From Spizellomyces punctatus DAOM BR117 (lineage: Eukaryota), in assembly GCA_000182565.2 (NCBI GenBank), contig KQ257465.1: a stretch of 64,000 bases of DNA; one strand, given 5' to 3'. The stretch's first letter is position 1, and the number at the start of each line of letters is the position of its first letter. A program made the position numbers and the translations under genes. Below the pieces are notes generated by a model that had not been told where the DNA came from, searched no databases, and saw nothing but the letters and a program-made list of their open reading frames with translations. Below, one piece after another: positions 38,476 to 50,959 of this stretch.

Positions 38476-39557
38476 ATGACCGTCCGCATATTCATCACAG
38501 GTGCTACCGGCTACATTGGAGGAACAGTCCTCACCTCCCTCCTAGAGGAACACAAGGGCAAATACGAAATCAAAGCACTTGTCCGTGACATGGATCGGGC
38601 TCGCAAGCTCTCAGAAGTGGGTGTCGAACCCATTCTCGGTTCATTGGACAATTGGCAAACCCTGTCCAAAGCGGCCAGTGAAGCGGATGTGGTTATTAAT
38701 GCAGCTGACGTGGATCATCTTGGAGCAGTCAGAGCGCTTGCGGAAGGCCTGTCAAAACGTGGTCCGCTGGCAAATGGACAGCCTCCTATACTCCTACACA
38801 CGTCTGGAACAGGTGTCCTCCTAGACCACGCTCAAGGTCGCTACGCTTCTCCCAAAGTTTATCGTGATACGGTCATGAAGGACATTCATTCCCTCCCGCC
38901 GGAGCAGATGCATCGTACTGTTGATATGGCTGTATTTGATGCCGGACGCTCGGGAAAAGTAACAACGACCATCATTTGTCCACCCCTGATCTATGGGCTT
39001 GGGACAGGTCCCTTTAACCGCCATTCACAGCAACTTCCAATGATGATTCTAGCAGCTACTAAGAAGGGAAAGGCTGTCTTCATTGGAAAAGGAGCGAATA
39101 TTTGGTCTAACGTTCATGGTATGTGGCAAAAGCATCTTTTGACTTTCAAACTAGATAGGCTAACATCCGTCAATTTCCAGTCAAAGATTTAGCGGATGGA
39201 TATCTACTCCTCTTGGACAAGCTCCTCGACGGAACGGCCCCCGTCAATGACGAAGGTTACTACTTTTGTGAAAATGGTGAACACACTTGGCGCTGGTTAG
39301 CGTATGAAATCGCCAGATCCCTCTACACCAGCGCCGAAGTAGGTGACGGACGCCCGCATCCAGTCTCAGATGACGAGGTCGTGGATGTCTTTGGAACCGC
39401 GATGGCTTGGCAAGTATTGGGTGGTAATTCCCGCTCTCGGGCTGAAAAGCTGAGAAATTTGGGGTGGTCTCCGAAATGCCATTCGTTGGCGGAGACTGTT
39501 GATCCAGAGGTTCGCTCCGTGCTCACGGAGCAAGTAAAAAGAGCTATTGAAAAGTAA
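38476..39557 (+). CDS. Atypical SDR / NAD-dependent epimerase-dehydratase family protein; intron 39119-39180
   Basis: IFITGATGYIGG, LLHTSGTG, ICPPLIYG, WSNVH|VKDLADGY, LGGNSRSRAEKLRNLGWSP. Confidence 0.9.
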
Positions 39558-39770
39558 TTATAAAAATATTGAAACCTCCCGGTTGTCCTAGTTTGATGAC
39601 AGGTAATTTTGATTAAGGAATGGCATTCGCATACGGAGTGTGACTCGCGCAGATATAGCATCCATGTTAACCATGCATCCAGAGGTTGAACAAAAGACGA
39701 AATCAATTTTAGAGAATCACTTATGCCATAACTAATCTGATATAAAGTGCATATCCACCATGGTTCACAT

Positions 39771-39853
39771 GGCGAGATGGCCGAGTTGGTCTAAGGCGTC
39801 AGGTTAAGGCCCTGATCTCTCCGGAGGCGTGGGTTCAAATCCCACTCTCGTCA
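39771..39853 (+). tRNA. tRNA-Leu, anticodon AAG, intronless, long variable arm
   Basis: Acceptor stem GGCGAGA/TCTCGTC; A-box TGGCCGAGTTGG; anticodon arm TCAGG-TTAAGGC-CCTGA; T-arm GTGGGTTCAAATCCCAC; oligo-T terminator at ~39870-39880. Confidence 0.96.
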
Positions 39854-40168
39854 CTTCCGAAACACAGCGGTTTATTTTTTCCGGCCCGACACCGACATTA
39901 ACAACGCAAAACCGACTGTGCACGGCTACCACCAATTCCCCTAGCATAGCAGATGGTATTTTGTCACTTACGCCTCAATACTCAATAGACACTTATGTTA
40001 CAATCCATTGCCAACGTCTTTTACTATTATAGTTCCTCTTTCAGCTTAAGAATAAGAATGCGCGCTCGCGCGATCGCAATGGAATGGGGAGGAAGGGCTA
40101 CACACGTCCAGATAGTTCACAAAGGACAATGGCTGTCAAAGCTCGGGAGATACTTCCTCCAGATTCCC

Positions 40169-41798
40169 TTACTTCACCTCCTGCCAAAGCGGTAATTCAC
40201 GCACGTTAGAAACGGTCCCCATGCGCGACGGTACCATGAGCGATACCCACCTCCACATTCAACTCCCCAATAAAGAGCGTTCGATCGTTGCTGGCCGAGG
40301 CAATTATACTGCCTGTCCAATCCACCTCGTTACAAACACCCTTGTGACCGGGTAACTTGTAGACTATCTTTTGTGTCGCCACGTCCCATACGACTACAGA
40401 ACGATCACCACTACCGGTGGCAACATAATCTCCGTCCGGGGACCAGCAGGGACGAAGGAGGTTCTTTTCAAAGCCGTGTGGTGCTCCTGTTAAGCCCCGT
40501 GCAGTGAGTAACGGGACGCAGTAGAAATGGGTGAAAAATGTCTGTCGTCCTCACCTTCAAATATCTTCTGTAGACGAGTTCCGGTAGGCGCAAAGGGTTT
40601 CACATCCCATATGCGAACTAGTATTAGAAGGTAAGTTTCTGGTGTATACAAAAAGTGCGGTGAGTTGGCCCAAACCTGTGTTGTCCATGGCGTTACTGAG
40701 CAAATAGTCACCATCCGGACTGATTCGCAAACCAGTGACGGTATCAAAGTGACCTGTTAGTGAATACATGACCTCATCCTTTCGCAAGTCCCATGCCTAG
40801 GTAGTATATGTTGCGCAACGAAGTCAGAAACCTTTTACAACAACCTCAAAACGACCAGGATATACTAACCCGAATTTGATTGTCAATCCCACCAGCAAAT
40901 ATCAATCCTGCATCCTGACTGAAAGCCGTTGCCGTTATGGCATATTTGTTCTCGAAGGATTTCACCGCATGCTTCTGACGTGGATCCCACACTTTTGCGG
41001 TGCCATCATCGCTTCCACTAACAACCAGTTCCGTGCCCCGGCGTGTCGACGCACATGAATTCACAAAGCCTGTATGTCCGCGTAGTCTCTTGACCCGTTC
41101 CCCGATTTCGGTATCCCATATGCACAATGTCTTATCGGTTGAAGCAGAGTAGATATTTCTGCACAGTGAAACAGTTAGTCTCTGTTGTCGATTACGGGCT
41201 CCTCCTTTTCCTGCTCCCCACCTTCCATCATGCGACCATTGCACTGATCGGAGACATAGCGGGTTAGTCAAGAATTCCAATGATCGGCAATCCAAAAGAT
41301 GCTAATACCTTCTAAAACCGCTCCTGTATGTCCCTTTAGTGCCATGTAATTATTGCACTCCCCAAAAGCATTCCACAAGTCTAAGCATCAAGAGTTCAAT
41401 GAACCAGGTCTCCTCGCTCGACAGCCCGTAACTGAGATACGTACAGATCATTTGGTCAAAGGATCCAGAAGCCAGCTGCCGCCCTGAAGGACTGAATTTA
41501 CAAGACAACACTTCGCCTTCGTGTCCGGTCAAGAGCATGATTGGCGCTTGCAGATCTGATGTGCGTTTCACCTAGAATGGTGCATTAGTTAGCTGGATTG
41601 TCACTTCTTCTGTACATTCTCTGCACAGGTCTGGAGTAGAGTCTACTCCTCCGAACCGCCGTAACATACCGTGCGCATCAACGCCCCCTTTGGTGGTTCG
41701 GTAGGTACTACAGCGAGGCTGTTGCCAGCTTCGCTTTTCTGCCTCTTCACCAACGATCCGGCCTGATTTACGCCATCTGCCTTTCTTTTGTCCGACAT
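40169..41798 (-). CDS. SNRNP40: U5 snRNP 40 kDa WD40 protein, multi-exon
   Basis: KRTSDLQAPIMLLTGHEGEV, SASTDKT, LVVSGSDDGTAKVWD, LLSNAMDNT, WDVKPFAP, GAPHGFEKNLLR, YKLPGHKG. Confidence 0.93.
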
Positions 41799-42070
41799 GA
41801 TGCGAACGAAGCTGTTGAGTGATATCCACCAGCAGAAGGATTGAGTTCTTGCAGTCTATCGGGGTCTGAGGACTCTGGAATTGGGACCTGTAAGTTTGTA
41901 GGGTGAACCACTTCCTTTCAGTCCACATTGGATCCAATTTTAACCAAAAATCAAGAGGATGTATTCTGACCTAATCATGATCACAGCTTATTTCCGACAT
42001 GCATAATCTGCTACCAGAGGACAGTGCTAGGGAATCCTTTACATTTACCTGCATAGCCGAATCCCTATCG

Positions 42071-43377
42071 CTATTGGCGTGCACTCCTGCCGGTCTTTCC
42101 TCCCGTAGAGGACTTGGATATATCTTCCACTCCCTTTGCAGTACGACCTTTGGGTAAGAGCACCGAATGGATATTGGGGAGGACACCCCCCTGGCTAATT
42201 GTAACCTACGATATCACCATTTTTAGAGTAATAACCAAATGATTGCAATCTGGATGCTCCTTACATTGGAAAGAAGTCTGTTTAACTCATCATCGTTACG
42301 AATGGCGAGTTGCAAATGACGAGGGATAACGCGAGTCTGCGAGGTTTGTTTTGTAGGCTGTTGGTTCTACAATGCTCACGCACTGTAATGTACCTTTTTG
42401 TTATCACGGGCTGCGTTTCCAGCGAGCTCAAGAACCTTGAGGTTGGGTATTGTCAAAGAGACACAAGCAAGTCAGATGAGTGTAATCAACGTTGGTGGAG
42501 AAGGTTGCGGTTACCTCAGCTGTAAGGTCTGGTGAAAGGATGAGAAGTTCATAAAACACTTAGCATAAATGTGAATGAAACTTTTACTTACACTCCAGGA
42601 CTGCTGCGAGATACACAGGGGCACCACTGCCAATACGTGGAGCATAACGACCTTTCTTCAGCAATCGGTTGATGCGACCTATATGAGAGCAAGGAGTCAG
42701 TTCTGTTAAATGGTAAGTATTCTTCTTTCTAGAAATCTCACCAACAGGAAATTGAAGTCCAGCTTTCGCAGACCGGCTCGTCATTTTGCCACGCGGAGTG
42801 CGGGGCCCCTATAGACTTTGATTAGTATCAGGAGAATCTAATAGCCCATTGACTCTTCTCCAGCATAATATACAGTCTGTGGCCTAGATGTTGGACGAAG
42901 TTGTGCGGGTGTTGCCGCCGACGCCAAGTCAATGGTTTCGCTTTCCCTGATCTCGTTCGCAGAAAGTTCCCTTTCTCCCTTCTTATGTGGCATAAGCACA
43001 CTTTCAATTCCTGTGACGCTCTTCCTACGAGGAGCTTTCAGAGGCGACCCTTGTGCCGTCCTTAGGTCACGTAGCGCTTGAGCGTCTTCCCATGTTGTCA
43101 CTGGTTCCTCCAATATTTCTACAGCGGTATGTTCCACAACAGCTGTCCCCTCAAACAACTTTTCTCCACTAGGAGAGGTTTCATTGACCGCAGTGATAGC
43201 AAACTCTGCCTCTGCTGCAACAGCTATCTGGTCCTACCAGGAGGTAAGAACATCCTTGCTACACCTATGCGTGGTCATACTAACCCTAGGACGACCGCTT
43301 TTAGCAAGGAGACTGGCAGCTTCCTTGACAGTCTCGACCATTGTACGCCCTTTCTGCATGGACGGAGTTGACGACAT
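42071..43377 (-). CDS. Histone H2A variant with long N-terminal extension, 8 exons including a 14-nt microexon (42515-42528)
   Basis: Core [103 protein letters not shown]; upstream exons 43377-43285 and 43233-42874 splice in frame. Confidence 0.85.
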
Positions 43378-43573
43378 GATTGTATGGTACTGCTCGTTGC
43401 AATATAATGTCTGTGTCAAGAGTTTGGAACGACAGGCCGCGTCTGCTTACGAGACAAGTTCCACTCCTCAATTGGGTCATGTGATTCGATCGGTGGGGAG
43501 GCTGGCAGGGTTCTGGGCAGGGTTGGCTGAAAGCGCTTGGCGATCACGGTTTTAGCAGAATTGGAGGTCTCGA

Positions 43574-45170
43574 ATGGATGCAAGACAGGGCAACAAACGT
43601 TCTAGTTCACCATCTCTGGGGCGCTCAGGCGCTTACAAGCGGATACGCAGTGATAACTACTCAAGCCGAAACGGATCCTCACCTCGCCTCTCTTCCGATA
43701 CAGCTAGCTGTACGTCGACACACCCAGCAAATTCCTTCTCCGACCGACCTCTGGCAACCTTCCCACTTTATCCCCTAGACCGTTTTCAAACGCGATGTGC
43801 ACAGTATCAACAACCAACCGAAATCGGATACTTTTCATATAATGAGAAAAGAGAGATGACCCTTCAAAGCGATGCTGAATTGGTAAGACGGATAATTTAT
43901 CCATGTACGTCTCTGAACCGTTTCCTCTCCAATGGCGAGGTGGCGAGAATGGCCTGGATATAACATTCTTATGGATCTTAGAAGTGGTACTATGAACCTG
44001 ATCTGAAAGATTGCGATTTATCGGATGGCTTCCCCGATCGCTACATTACACGAGATCCGGTTCCGGAGAGATTAGATGCCTTACTAAAGTGTCTGCAGAA
44101 TGTCAACGCACTAGCAGAAGAGTCGGGAAAAACGGGGGTTACCCCCAACTTTTGCACATGTATGGCGGTGGTCTGCTCCATCCTTAATTCCGGGAAAATG
44201 TCGATCGTATCATCTCACAATGGATTGTCTTGTAGGGCGGGGAATCATGACCAAGATTCTTTGCACACCCTACTCACGAGATGAATGGGAGCTAGGTGTA
44301 ACCCGCTACAAGGATACAATCTATATGGAGGAACATGAGTCAGACGAAAAACGGCAACATGCCTTCGGTGCTTCCGACCGGGATAAACTCATGAGTTACT
44401 GGGGATATAAATTTGAATCTCTCAGTACTATCGATAAGCCTCCTTCAACCCTCACTGGACCTGATGACGAGGCACTGCAAAGACGAAAGGAAGAATGTGT
44501 GAACACAAATGTGCAGTATTGCAGCGTGGTGCGGACACGGTTAGGGAACAACATTTTGGTCATGGGGGCGGAAGTGGATTGTCTGGTTGCTGGTGAGTGA
44601 GCCGACCTCCATGGCGATCAAGTGGGCATTCCAATGACTTCCCCAATGCAGATGCAAAGCCTACCAGTAATCCTCAAAGCGCGTATGCAGAACTAAAAAC
44701 AAATCGTATCATCTCCAATGAACGGCAGCAGAAATCGTTTGAGCGGTAGGTCTTGACCGGGCCAATTTACACGTCGTTAAATACAGATCGGTGCTTTCGT
44801 AGTAACGCTCTTCCACCACAGACACAAGCTTCTCAAAATTTGGGCGCAATCCTTCCTTCCTGGTATACCTCGAATCATTATTGGCTACCGAACGGACTCA
44901 GGTCACATCCAACATATCCAGCACCTCAAAACCATGGACATACCCCGCATGGTTCGCGGCACGCAGCCCAATATATGGGACGCAACCGTGTGTATCAATT
45001 TTGCAAATGGGCTTTTAGAGTTCTTAAAGGGTGTTGTGGTGGAGGATGACCCAGATGTGGTTTACACTGTTCGATTTGGGAAGCCTTTTGGGGAAGTCAG
45101 GGTGTTGAGGAGAGAAAAGGGGAAGGTGGGACTGGAGGGAGTATTTGTACCGGACTGGTATCGAACGTAG
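43574..45170 (+). CDS. RAI1: RAI1/DXO-family decapping nuclease, multi-exon
   Basis: YQQPTEIGYFSY, RGIMTKILCTPY, YWGYKFESL, QYCSVVRTRLG, GAEVDC, ELKT, KLLKIWAQSFLPG. Confidence 0.93.
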
Positions 45171-45590
45171 CGTAGCTTGGGTGCCGTTTTGGTGCAGTTC
45201 TGGTAGGTTGTGCAGAGTTGACCTCAGTGCGAAGATAGTGCTTGGGACATATCTACCCAACAGTCTAGAATGCTGCAGATTTCTACGATCTATTAATCTC
45301 AAAGGGCGTACATAACCCTACTCTCTGGATGGCAATGTTCAGTGTGAGCGTTCTCTGGATGTTCTGGGATGAGCCTGCACCATCGCCTCACTTTCCATCG
45401 GTTCGGTCCTTTGGATAATTCAACTGGATGTGCCATTCGCCCTGGTACAGTTCCAAATGCATTCGTTAATGAGATTTAATTGCAACCTATATACATTGCA
45501 CAAATGCATGCTGTGTATACCGCTACTCAAGCGCTTGATGCACCACCCGTGATTATATGATGCGTCGGCAGCTCAAGACCACAAGGTACA

Positions 45591-47454
45591 CTACTCCAAA
45601 AATGCATCCGCAAAACCAGGAAATCCAACAAAAACCTCCTCCTTCCAAAATCCCATATCAGCCATAAGGTGAGCCAACCCGCCGATTCCATCGAACAAGC
45701 CATACTTTTGCGCCGGTGACGCGCTTCTATCAGACGTCAGTTGCGGTGCATAGGTGGTGTCCCAGTTTATGGCGACATTGGCGAAACACTGGGCCCTTTG
45801 CCAATATGCAATGTCGTTGGTTAGGCGGTACAGGGTAAGAAAGAGGTAAGCGTTGCCTGATATGCCGTGACAGAGGCCTATGATGATCGATGGTAAGACA
45901 CTATGCAAAGGTGGTTGCGGTCATCGGTGAGCTTTTGTACATACCAACGCCCTTCCGGATGAGCCCTCGCTTCCAAACAAGATCGGCGGCTTCTTTGGCG
46001 GCCGTTAGGTATTCTTCCTTTTTGAATACCTCATACCCCCGGCACAAGCACAATGCTACACCTGTATGACAGTATCGGCATTGCGTCAGCTGCAGTAAAA
46101 ATATAACGCCAAGAAACAGCCATGAGGCCTACCCGGAGCGCCATGACAAAACTGCACAGATTCTTTTTCCTCAAACAACTGGGAAGCATTTGTCCTGGTG
46201 TCGTCGATCCTCAGCATGTAGTTTCCATTTGCCAACTTGCGACGCTGCAGATATTTCAGCGCTCGCTCCACAGGTGTAACTTTGGCACGTTCCTCCTCTC
46301 CCGCAGGTTCTAAACGGGGCATATCATCAGATTTGGCTTCATTGACGGCCTCGAGCAATGATGATGGAACGCTCAGTACGGACGTCAATGCACCCGCCAT
46401 CCCATGAGCAGCACCGACATAGCGTTCCATATACCACAGCCATATAAATGGGGATCTCGTCTGACCAAAGTCCATCTTATAACCCCTTCGATCTGACGGC
46501 CCATAAAACTGACGCTGAGCGCCTTCGGCTCCGTCATTAAGAACGGTGCTCAATATTGCTTCCACAAGATCGTTTGGGATTGTCTCATGAGCGTTGGTCA
46601 GGTATCGTCGCACATAGAGTAGCCCGTAGAGGTAGCCTGGTCGGCCATAGGAGAAGTCTTGAGGGCAGTTGGCAGACAGGGCCATGTGCTTCATGGAAAC
46701 CAACTGCTCAAGGCAAAATGCTGATCGCTCGCTATTGCCGGTATGATGGTAAACTACATAATAGACATAAATGCTTGAACGGAACTAAGAATCCACATGA
46801 TGTCGCGTACTCAGTGCCCCAGTTGCCCAGACTCCCGCCTGGCTCCTCAAATATCCGACATCGTGGCACACACTTTTAGCGTCCTTTAACTGACGAAGGA
46901 AGCTGTTACAATTCGCGATAGCTGTGTCCATGTACTGTTCAGCTAATTTCAATGCTGACAGCCCGTGGATCTGACATGCTGGATCACACTCGTGGATCTT
47001 TAAAAACAGTCGGGCCAATCCAGAATAGCCTGAGGAGCAACCAATGTTCTTAGTCTTATCGCTATCTGCACATTATTGAGCCAACCAGTCACTTACCGCT
47101 ATACACGTCCCAAGGTGCTTGATGGTCGGTTGGTTTACAGTTGGCAACAATCTTTTCACACAAATTCACAGTCTCTCTCTTCAGCGCCGTCAGAACGTCA
47201 GGTGTAGCATCAGGATGGAGAGCTGGTGGCATATTCATGGCCTCGGAATCGCTAGAACCAGCTTGCGTTGTGACAGAGGCAACATACGGATTCGGAAAAT
47301 ATTGCTTTTGGGGAAGGGGCAAGGCGTCTGGGTCGCCCAAGGGTTCGTCGGTTTCCATGCTGTCTAGCAGTTTTTCGGTGGGTGCATCCGCAGCGCTCAT
47401 CTCGACTTGTCCTTCACTTGAACCCTCCGCTAAAGTGGACTCCATTACTTCCAT
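45591..47454 (-). CDS. LanC-like protein (LANCL), multi-exon
   Basis: YGRPGYLYGL, YVGAAHGMAG, QFCHGAPG, VWKRGLIRKG, GLCHGISGNAYLFL, GLFDGIGG. Confidence 0.9.
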
Positions 47455-48161
47455 GAGCGCTCACTGATCTGTAGATCGTCGTCGCGCTAGAATGAATAGA
47501 TTGGAGCCAAAAACAAAAAGTGGTTCATCACCGTTCAACGACTGGATGGAATGCTGCTTAGCCTGGGTACACGTGGCTAAGCACACCTTCTATCCGCCAC
47601 CAACCAACCCATATCCTTGTTCATCTCCTTTTGTTTGCTAAAATGACCCATGGAGTGTTAGTCCAGACGGAGATAAACCTTTGGGGGATGAACGGTTCAA
47701 CTGTTTTTTGCACAGCTTCTTTTCCTACGACAGGAGTCCAAGGGGACGGACATTTGCAGGGGCACATTGACGCTGTGGATGGATATTTTCCATATATGGT
47801 TACATTGTTACAGAAATGGTAATATGATGGCATCACTCGGCAACATCAAAAATCTTGCCCTTTCTTTGAACACTTTTTGTATTGCGCTGTTTGGCTTTGG
47901 GTGAACTTGGTTGAACACATTACCACCTCATATATTGCTTTTCCTTCCCGCCCCCCTTCAGCTTCCTTTTAGTTTTTCTGCATTTTTTGTCTTATTGGCC
48001 TCATTGGCACCTAGCTTTTTGTTTATTCGTCCTCGGCGTATCTCACCATTTGTCTCGAAGAGCATCCCGCTTCTCCCACGTCAATAGACACGTCCAACCA
48101 TGAAGGGCACAGCTTGCCTTTCACCAAAGGAGCTCCCAATCTAAAAGCAAGACGCAACACG

Positions 48162-50620
48162 ATGCTATCCATTCTGAATCCTCATGATCACTACAATTCG
48201 CTCCTCTCCTTCCTGCCGTTCTCGCGGTCAGAAACACAGGCCGATACGTCCGGTCAATGCATTGCTTCTTCCAAAGAAGTCTTTTCGTTCCGGGCCTATC
48301 TGGAAAGTCTAGCGTCGGTAGCTGTAGTCACAGTGCGCGCATATGCACACTATGCCGCGAAATTTGTACCACACGAATGGGCTGAGACCGTGGAGGGTGT
48401 ACTGCCCGCAGAAGTTGCGAGACTTTTGAAAGGACTACTCTCCGAGGACCCTAATGGAAGCATCAAGGTCGAGAGTATATCCTTTGATGAGGAGAATGCC
48501 GTCAAGCAAAGTCTAGACGCCACCAGTGCATCCAATGTAGTGGAAATACCCGATTCTGTGACAGAAGCTGCGCGAAGGCTGGACCACAATGATCTTGATG
48601 CTGAACCTCCACCTTGTCCGGCTAGTAGCCATACTGTAGAACAACAGAAATCATCTGCGATTCCTCATGTCCAACCTTCCCCATGCAAAAAGCCAACGAT
48701 CCCTCGGTTTTATACCCGCTCGAGACCGTGTATGAAAGCCAAGTTGCAGTCGTTAATGGACACATTGCAGCCAACGTTTATGACTCCAGATGGAAAGCTG
48801 GAGAAAGCGCTTTCCGAACGGGAATTCCTTCCGGTAACCGAAGGGTGCGGGCTTCCAAGATACCTCAATGCTAGAATGTTTCAGAGGATGCAATGTCATC
48901 CCCCGTCTGTGACCTCGGTGGATGCGTTGGAACATGAGAAGGGACTTGCAGCTATTGCTTGGTCGGACTTTACGAGGTTTGTGGGAAATTGTGACGGGGT
49001 CATATGGTGGTTCCTTTAATAAGTGCGATCTGAATTGTAGGAACTGGAGAAAACTTTACACAAAGTACGACGGTAATATCGATTCCCTCACTTTTGACCT
49101 CTTGTTACCGACTGGTCAGGGCCGCGCGTACCTTGTGCCTGCTGATTTTGAGGTCGTCGTTCGAGGTAAGGTCAACAGCCTGGACATATAGGCAGCCAGT
49201 CTGGCTTGCTCAATTTAATGCATGGCCACTACATTCTAGAAATCATCGCCGCGCACCCATCGTTCGATTTCCTCCGCTCCTCACCGATATTTCAGGATCG
49301 CTACGGTGAGTCGGTTACCGTGAAAATCATATGTTCCTCTCAACCGCTAATGCATGTTAATCATCCAGTTGAGACTGTTATTGCCCGCATCTTTTATATC
49401 AAACCCACACCAGCGAAGCATCGTATGACACTTCGCGAATACCGCAAAATCAAATTTTTGGATATGCTAAGAGGAGTTGAAAATGCGGATACGTGCCTTG
49501 GTCTCTCCATGCCTCCGCCGTTCTCCTATAAAGATTTTTACGTTGTTTACTGCCGGTTCTGGGAGCTGGATACTGACCGAGATATGGTATGTTGATGCTT
49601 TCAGGGGATTTGGGGAATGATTATAGTGTCGTTAACTTTTTGGATTTCATGTAGCTGCTAACCTCCGCTGACTTGGAACGCTACAGTCAAGGAGCGTTGA
49701 CTCGCCTTGCCTGTCGAAGAGCGGTGGATTTGTATGGCACGCGGGTGGTTGTCCATGATCCGGAAGAAGGCATACCTGATGCGAATGTGCGAAAGGGCAA
49801 CAATGAGGAAAGCTATCTCGTGGAAGAGAAAGCCTTCACGTTCACGGATTTTGTCAGTGAGTATAGGGCATCTTCTAGCGTGTTTGCGTCCGAATAGCTT
49901 CTCACGTTGACGGTTTTCTAGCATTTCTTCTGGCCGTTGAGGATAAAACGACACACGCTGCCATTGAATACTGGTTTCATGTTTTGGACTTGGACCAAGA
50001 CGGATGCTTATCCCTTCTGGAACTGGAAACTATGTGGGCATGGCAAAAGAATCGATTGCTCGACTTTGAGGCCTACAACCTAGTCGACTTCTTCAGCGTC
50101 TTGTATGTGTCACCTACTTTACGAGTTTTTACCTCGTCAATACCGTATGCTAACCCGTCCTATAGAATGGACAGCCTCCATGGGAAAGCCAGTTCTGCTC
50201 CAATAATCACCCTTTCGGATTTAAAACGAGCACCCCACGCCGCCGACATGGTTTTTAACTTGCTGTTTGATGCGCGGAAGAGGGAGGAATGGGTCCGACG
50301 AACATGTGATGCTGGCTATCGAATGGCTGACGAGGTGTGGCTTGATATTGGGAAGGGCGAAACGATATGGTGGGAGTATGGTACAAGTGAGCGAGATGGG
50401 GCTACAAAAATCCGCCTCGAGTGAGTTTTGAGTTCTCTTTGCTCGGTCACATTTGTGGGGCCAGTTTCTCATCGTTATTATGTTTTTCAGGGGCTGGCCA
50501 AAATTTGTCGAAGTGGCCTATCGCGAACTATTAGGTGCCGAAACTACCGATGAAGAGGAAGATGATACATCGTCCGTCTCGTCTTTTGCGAGCGATCGGT
50601 GGGTTGGCGGGGACGAGTGA
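48162..50620 (+). CDS. PP2A regulatory subunit B''-like, paralog 2 (more divergent); start uncertain
   Basis: IPRFY, FQDRY|VETVIARIFY, FSYKDFYVVYCRFWELDTDRD, LAVEDK, EYWFHVLDLDQDGCLSLLEL. Confidence 0.85.
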
Positions 50621-50959
50621 AATAAAAAACTAGTTTTGCCACAATTTTAAGGACGTGTTTGGGTAGAGTGGGGGAATTTCAACAAGGCGTTTGTTTTAGT
50701 CAACTTTAGCGTTTTCAGTGTAGTGTATTATAGTACAGTAGTCAGAAACAGTCTTTCTTTTAAAATTCTATACTCTCGTTTTGATCTTTGCTGTTTGGTT
50801 TATTGTTTGCGTGCAAATGTGTGGGATGGGATGCTGGCAGATATGTAAATGATACCAAAACTTCACTGTACAATCCCCAGACTTTCCAAAGGCTTGCATT
50901 GCCGCACGAGAAATTACCAATATCCATATATCCTAATAACGATGAAATTCAACAACCGC

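Noticed and set aside
42838-43158. Stand-alone 106-aa ORF upstream of H2A
   Set aside because: Starts at a non-ATG codon and is better explained as exon 2 of the extended H2A
45591-47454. Lanthipeptide biosynthetic cluster
   Set aside because: Only a eukaryotic LanCL; no LanB, precursor or transporter
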